From an uncultured virus (IMG/VR IMGVR_UViG_3300022178_000020) (taxonomy: Duplodnaviria > Heunggongvirae > Uroviricota > Caudoviricetes): 64,000 nucleotides of DNA. Below are positions 60,005 to 64,000 of this stretch, in pieces. How positions within the stretch are numbered: position 1 is the stretch's first letter; the number at the start of each line of letters is the position of its first letter. Made by a program: the position numbers and the translations under genes. The notes under the pieces were generated by a model, which was not told the origin of the DNA, searched no databases, and was given only the letters and a program-made list of their open reading frames with translations. The stretch is taken from the IMG/VR virus record IMGVR_UViG_3300022178_000020; one strand, written 5' to 3'.

Positions 60005-61376
60005 TTTCTTTTAATATTTGTTCTGCTACTAATGTACCCTGTGCTCCTGATACTGTTATACCTCTAGCACTTAATGCATCTCCTACAAAATGTACATTAG
60101 GGTATGTAGTTAAACTTAAATCCTCATAGTTTACAAGTGGTTCAGGTGAAAGGTACTTAACTTCAGGTACATAAATTCCCCAATCATCTCCAAGTGTTGG
60201 GAATACTTTTTTCATATCCCCAATAAAGTCTTCAATATATTTAAAATATCCTTTAAATGCGTCTCTTACTTCTTGAAGACCTGATTCACCAATGTAATGT
60301 GCTTTAACCCAATCACCTTCAGATGTAAGTGTTTTATCTTTACCTGCAGGACTATAATAAAGACCTGCTTGATACTTTATTTGGAAACGACCTAGTGCTT
60401 TTTGACCACTCCCTCCTTCATTAGATACAATAGTATTCCTTTGTACTTTAGAAACTAACTCACGTGACCAATCAAATGGTTTATCAATACCTTTAACTTC
60501 CATTAAGATACCAAAATTAGTCATATTGTTTCTATGTTCTTCTCCTTTTTTAGCATGACCATTGTAGCTATAATCACCATATGTTTCTTCTAGGGCCACA
60601 TAAGCTGCATTGTTATTAGTGCAGAATGAACGAAGTGATACACCTTCATCTTCAAACTTACGATACAATTTAAAATCATAACTTACATCAATTAGTTTTT
60701 GGAAGTGTTTTTGTGGTGCTTCAAATCTAACACCAATTTGTACTGGTTTTGATTCCGTTGGTAATTCATATTGTTCAGCTAATTTTTTACCAAAGTCAAT
60801 TCCAGATTTACCTACACCAAAAATGAGTTTATCATATCCTACCCAATCATTATCTTCTGTACTTTTATCAGTGTGGAGTTGTTGAGCATCAAAATCAATT
60901 GATGTTACCTTAGTTTTCCAAATAAATTTAACACCTTTATCACAAAGAAAATCATACCAATTTTTACCAATTTCATGCAAGTAATCTGTACCAACGTGCC
61001 ATACAGGAAATAAACGGAGTCCAAAATATGGTTTAATAAAATCAGGTTCTGCTACAGGATTAGAACATTGTACTTCTTCTGGCTTAGGGTGGAAGCGTTT
61101 AAAGTTGGTAATTACCTGATCCATTAACTCCATTGCTTTTTCATCGCCCGTATACTTAGTTAAATGACCACCTATTGAAGTATGGTATGTAAGTTTACCA
61201 TCACTCCACCCACCAGCACCCATAAACCCTGTCATTACTTCTTCAGGTTTCCTATTGTACGGATCATTACCCATATCAATAATTGTGATACAACTTCCAT
61301 CGTATCCATTATCTACTAATTTAGTTGCAGCATTAACACCTGCCACACCGGCTCCAATTATTACTATTTTTTCCAT
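59991..61376 (-). CDS. FAD-dependent oxidoreductase
   Basis: IIGAGVAG, GAGGWSDGKL, IGVRFE, RSFC, FVGD..ARGI; likely ATG at 61376. Confidence 0.88.
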   Translation of the reverse strand: MEKIVIIGAGVAGVNAATKLVDNGYDGSCITIIDMGNDPYNRKPEEVMTGFMGAGGWSDGKLTYHTSIGGHLTKYTGDEKAMELMDQVITNFKRFHPKPEEVQCSNPVAEPDFIKPYFGLRLFPVWHVGTDYLHEIGKNWYDFLCDKGVKFIWKTKVTSIDFDAQQLHTDKSTEDNDWVGYDKLIFGVGKSGIDFGKKLAEQYELPTESKPVQIGVRFEAPQKHFQKLIDVSYDFKLYRKFEDEGVSLRSFCTNNNAAYVALEETYGDYSYNGHAKKGEEHRNNMTNFGILMEVKGIDKPFDWSRELVSKVQRNTIVSNEGGSGQKALGRFQIKYQAGLYYSPAGKDKTLTSEGDWVKAHYIGESGLQEVRDAFKGYFKYIEDFIGDMKKVFPTLGDDWGIYVPEVKYLSPEPLVNYEDLSLTTYPNVHFVGDALSARGITVSGAQGTLVAEQILKENGTK

Positions 61377-61394
61377 TATTGTATTAATATTATG

Positions 61395-61426
61395 TAAATA
61401 TACGAACAAAAAGTGACGTCTCCAAA
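61395..61426 (-). promoter_or_regulatory. Bacteroidota-type primary-sigma promoter
   Basis: TTTG-N20-TATATTTA on the minus strand. Confidence 0.7.
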
Positions 61427-61437
61427 GGAGACGCCAC
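61408..61437 (-). terminator. Intrinsic terminator overlapping that promoter
   Basis: GTGGCGTCTCC-TTT-GGAGACGTCAC-TTTTT. Confidence 0.85.
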
Positions 61438-61489
61438 AGATGTCATGTTTTTTTAGTTACGACTGGCTATGAATCAGTCTATATGTTTT

Positions 61490-61660
61490 TTACTTCTTAT
61501 CTTCAGCTACAGATGCTTTACGATATTCAGTTACTAATTTTTTAATTTCACCTAAGCATTTACGAGCTCTGCCGTGTGCTGCTTTAGATTTACCTTCATG
61601 TTCGGTTTTAAATGTTTCATATAAACCTTCGATTTGTTCAAATAACTCTTGAGTATTCAT
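61490..61660 (-). CDS. Histone H1-like (Hc1-type) small DNA-binding protein, 56 aa (not in ORF track)
   Basis: Manual translation MNTQELFEQIEGLYETFKTEHEGKSKAAHGRARKCLGEIKKLVTEYRKASVAEDKK; KAAxxRARK...EYRKAS motif; ATGA overlap with the upstream gene. Confidence 0.8.
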   Translation of the reverse strand: MNTQELFEQIEGLYETFKTEHEGKSKAAHGRARKCLGEIKKLVTEYRKASVAEDKK

Positions 61661-61908
61661 TTTTTTATAATTTTTATTGTTAAATTTTCGCTACCTTTTA
61701 TTATCCTATGTAAATATCCACAAGGGATGTCAAAATTGAGATTTTCTGTGAGTTCAAATGGGAGTTCTTCATCAAATTGGAATTTCCATCCATTCCCTTC
61801 TATAACTTCTATTGTTCTATCTTCTTGATCTTCATGCCAAATTAACGACATTGGGTCTACATTTTCTGAGAATGTTCTTATGTTTGAATTATCTGTGTAT
61901 GGGTTCAT
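61657..61908 (-). CDS. Small cupin-like protein
   Basis: WHEDQEDR, GWKFQFD, HRIIKG. Confidence 0.6.
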   Translation of the reverse strand: MNPYTDNSNIRTFSENVDPMSLIWHEDQEDRTIEVIEGNGWKFQFDEELPFELTENLNFDIPCGYLHRIIKGSENLTIKIIKK

Positions 61909-63035
61909 TAACTTAGTCTTGTTGCTGTAATTTTAACAGCAGGTGTTGCTGGTCTAGTAGGGGTAGATGATGCTGCAGTGTATTTTAATATCATATCCGT
62001 ATCATCGGTTGCCCAATAGAATTGAATATAATCTCCTGCTTCAAGTACTATTACAAGATTTCTATCTAATAAGGTTGCAGCAGTACCGGTATTTCCTGTT
62101 ATGTCTATGTTGTTATTTGAATTTGGAACATCTACTCCATTTTTCTTTGCCCAAAAATACATGGAGGCGGTGCCTGAACTTGAAACTCTGTTTATTTGGG
62201 ATATCATTGTAAATTCATATAATCCAGGGGTTGATACTGTAAGTTTAGAATTATCTACAAGTGTTATTCCGCTCTGTACCTGTGGGGTATCTATATCTAT
62301 AAGAGTTTCTGTATTAGCAATAGACGCAGTATGGTTGGATAGGTTATACCCAATTGCGTATTGTGGGTATTCAAAACCACTTCGAACATTAACATATAGT
62401 GAACCTGTTGTTGCAGAGTTATCAATAACATAACCCATTATTACTGTAAGGGCAGGAGGAGTAGGGGGTATATTTACTAATTCACCATTAGATCCACCTA
62501 AATATAAAGTATCACCTGCTGTGTATGCACTCATATCTACATTTCTAACTAAACCTTGAGTAGTTACAAATCCTAAATCTCCACTGCCTATGTTCTCGGT
62601 TACAATTCCTATAGTATTTTCTGAAGCTTTTCTTGATAAATTATCAGCTAAATTTACGGACGGATAATTACCGACTGACCCGCTAATGAAAACAGCCTTA
62701 TATTCTGATTCTAGAAGTGGTGCTCCTGTATTATTACGAGTATAGATTACATTCTCTTGACCTATTTGTAATGTAACGTTTCCCCCTTTAAGGGTTAAAT
62801 CTAATGTACCGTCATTATCGTTCCATCTTAATCTACCGGGTTTACCTGTTACTGAAGCTGTAGTATTAAAATCTACAAAATCTGAGATTATACCGCTAGA
62901 GGTAATGGGTAGATTTGCATTGAGTATATCTTGTACTGTTTGTTGTTTTGTAACCCCACCTTGAACATTAACTAATAATTCTGTTCCGTCTAATGATGTT
63001 ACGGCAGGTAATCCTGAAATTGATAAGTTAGCCAT
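61908..63035 (-). CDS. Virion fibre / decoration-like protein with a C1q/BclA-like C-terminal domain
   Basis: N-terminal ISGLP, GFVTTQGLV...GDTLYL, LTVSTPGLYEF, VLEAGDYIQ. Confidence 0.6.
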   Translation of the reverse strand: MANLSISGLPAVTSLDGTELLVNVQGGVTKQQTVQDILNANLPITSSGIISDFVDFNTTASVTGKPGRLRWNDNDGTLDLTLKGGNVTLQIGQENVIYTRNNTGAPLLESEYKAVFISGSVGNYPSVNLADNLSRKASENTIGIVTENIGSGDLGFVTTQGLVRNVDMSAYTAGDTLYLGGSNGELVNIPPTPPALTVIMGYVIDNSATTGSLYVNVRSGFEYPQYAIGYNLSNHTASIANTETLIDIDTPQVQSGITLVDNSKLTVSTPGLYEFTMISQINRVSSSGTASMYFWAKKNGVDVPNSNNNIDITGNTGTAATLLDRNLVIVLEAGDYIQFYWATDDTDMILKYTAASSTPTRPATPAVKITATRLS

Positions 63036-63038
63036 ATC

Positions 63039-63308
63039 TTATGTTATTATTATTTTATTATTATCTTCTTGTAGAATATCAAATCCATCTTCTTGTAAGA
63101 GAAAACCTACATCTTGAACGGGTTGTTCGGGTTTAATTCCTCCCCTATTACCCTCAAGCCAATTTAACTGTTGGATATAATGTTGGCGTCGGTTTTGTAA
63201 CTCATTTAAATATTGATTGTAGTGGTTTACCTGCTCATTGAGAGATAAACTACGCACTTCATTCAACTTGATGAATTGGGGCCACAATATTTCATTAAAT
63301 ATATCCAC
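63039..63308 (-). CDS. Hypothetical protein (GTG start)
   Basis: C-terminal LLQEDG...ILQED motif seen in small virion proteins. Confidence 0.55.
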   Translation of the reverse strand: MDIFNEILWPQFIKLNEVRSLSLNEQVNHYNQYLNELQNRRQHYIQQLNWLEGNRGGIKPEQPVQDVGFLLQEDGFDILQEDNNKIIIT

Positions 63309-63345
63309 TATTTATTTATCTTGAATTTTTCTGTGTATGGGTTCA

Positions 63346-63927
63346 TTATCCTCCTATGTCTGCTATTACATCCTTAAAAATGGAATGAACTTCTTTACCT
63401 TTAACGGCTGATTTGAGTCCGTATAATCCTCCCTTAAGGTAACTTGCTTTTTTAAGATAGGAAGCAGCATCACCTCCTGCTTGACCCGCCATCAATAGAA
63501 TTACAATAGCGTAAAGAATTTCTGAAATTTGTTTCTTCTTTTTTTCATCCTTAGTAAACAGTCCTACTATTCTTTTAATTGGAGCTTGAAATGCTTTCTC
63601 ATTATCGTGAGTCCATTTATAGATATTTTTTGCTGCTTCTTCACCTTTACCCCAATTGTATTTTTTAGACATTTTTTGGGCAAACTTAGCAAGCATATTA
63701 GCTACAGTATTAGATAATAGGATATAACCTATAATACCTACTACACCTGCAACCTCATCTAATTTTTCTTCTTTACCTTTTAATTCACCTTTTATAGCGG
63801 TAGCTAATTGAGCTCCTAAAGCATCAAATTCATTATCAAATGCTTTTTCTTCGGATCCATTATCTTCTAATTCTTCTTTAAGAAGAGGATTATTTTTTAA
63901 ATATGCTTTGTAATCGAAAGTATCCAT
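63346..63927 (-). CDS. Hypothetical protein, possibly head-packaged, with hydrophobic helices
   Basis: MDTFDYKAYLKNNPLLKEE N-terminus; ATG at 63927 overlaps the upstream TAA. Confidence 0.65.
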   Translation of the reverse strand: MDTFDYKAYLKNNPLLKEELEDNGSEEKAFDNEFDALGAQLATAIKGELKGKEEKLDEVAGVVGIIGYILLSNTVANMLAKFAQKMSKKYNWGKGEEAAKNIYKWTHDNEKAFQAPIKRIVGLFTKDEKKKKQISEILYAIVILLMAGQAGGDAASYLKKASYLKGGLYGLKSAVKGKEVHSIFKDVIADIGG

Positions 63928-64000
63928 TACCAATAGGTATTCATTTTAGGTCCTAAACCGAGAGCGGGAGCATATCTAGGGAGATTACAACTCCAATATC
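63927..64000 (-). CDS. 3' end of a gene entering from beyond the window
   Basis: Manual translation ...YWSCNLPRYAPALGLGPKMNTYW*; TAATG overlap. Confidence 0.55.
   Translation of the reverse strand, partial: YWSCNLPRYAPALGLGPKMNTYW

Larger units (their letters stand above)
61892..63348. repeat. 19-bp direct repeat at 61892-61910 and 63330-63348
   Basis: tctgtgtatgggttcatta at both sites. Confidence 0.85.

Noticed and set aside
304..63717. Other short plus-strand ORFs and nested minus-strand ORFs in the track
   Set aside because: They overlap well-supported minus-strand genes and show no recognisable motifs
1..64000. Stop-codon reassignment as in some large phages
   Set aside because: Standard code gives full-length genes at high density, and TAA, TAG and TGA all serve as terminal stops
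1..64000. tRNA or rRNA genes
   Set aside because: Intergenic gaps are short and no cloverleaf or rRNA-like sequence was recognised by eye; a tRNAscan/Infernal run would be decisive

Overview
A 64-kb segment of a large AT-rich T4-like (contractile-tailed) phage genome, with every credible gene on the minus strand. In transcription order (right to left) it carries: a head block (terminase, portal, prohead protease, scaffold, major capsid); an amidinotransferase / phosphatidylserine-decarboxylase-fold / PhoH trio; adhesin-like fibres; neck, sheath, tube, tape-measure and baseplate genes; a 3116-aa Gly-X-Y Ser/Thr collagen-like fibre; a GT4 + TibC/Aah-type glycosyltransferase fusion; and a replication block (short PolA, gp32, UvsX/RecA, 5'-3' exonuclease, helicase, nrdB, methyltransferase, nrdA, GIY-YIG). 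A Bacteroidota host is inferred from three TTG-N20-TATATTTA promoters, an Hc1-type histone-like gene and the lack of obvious Shine-Dalgarno sites. The two best candidates for undescribed systems are (1) a phage-encoded O-glycosylation system for a giant proline-free Ser/Thr collagen fibre and (2) a late-expressed arginine-hydrolase plus PSD-fold decarboxylase pair that may make polyamines. All product calls come from motif recognition by eye; no database searches were run. No tRNA, rRNA or CRISPR array was seen.
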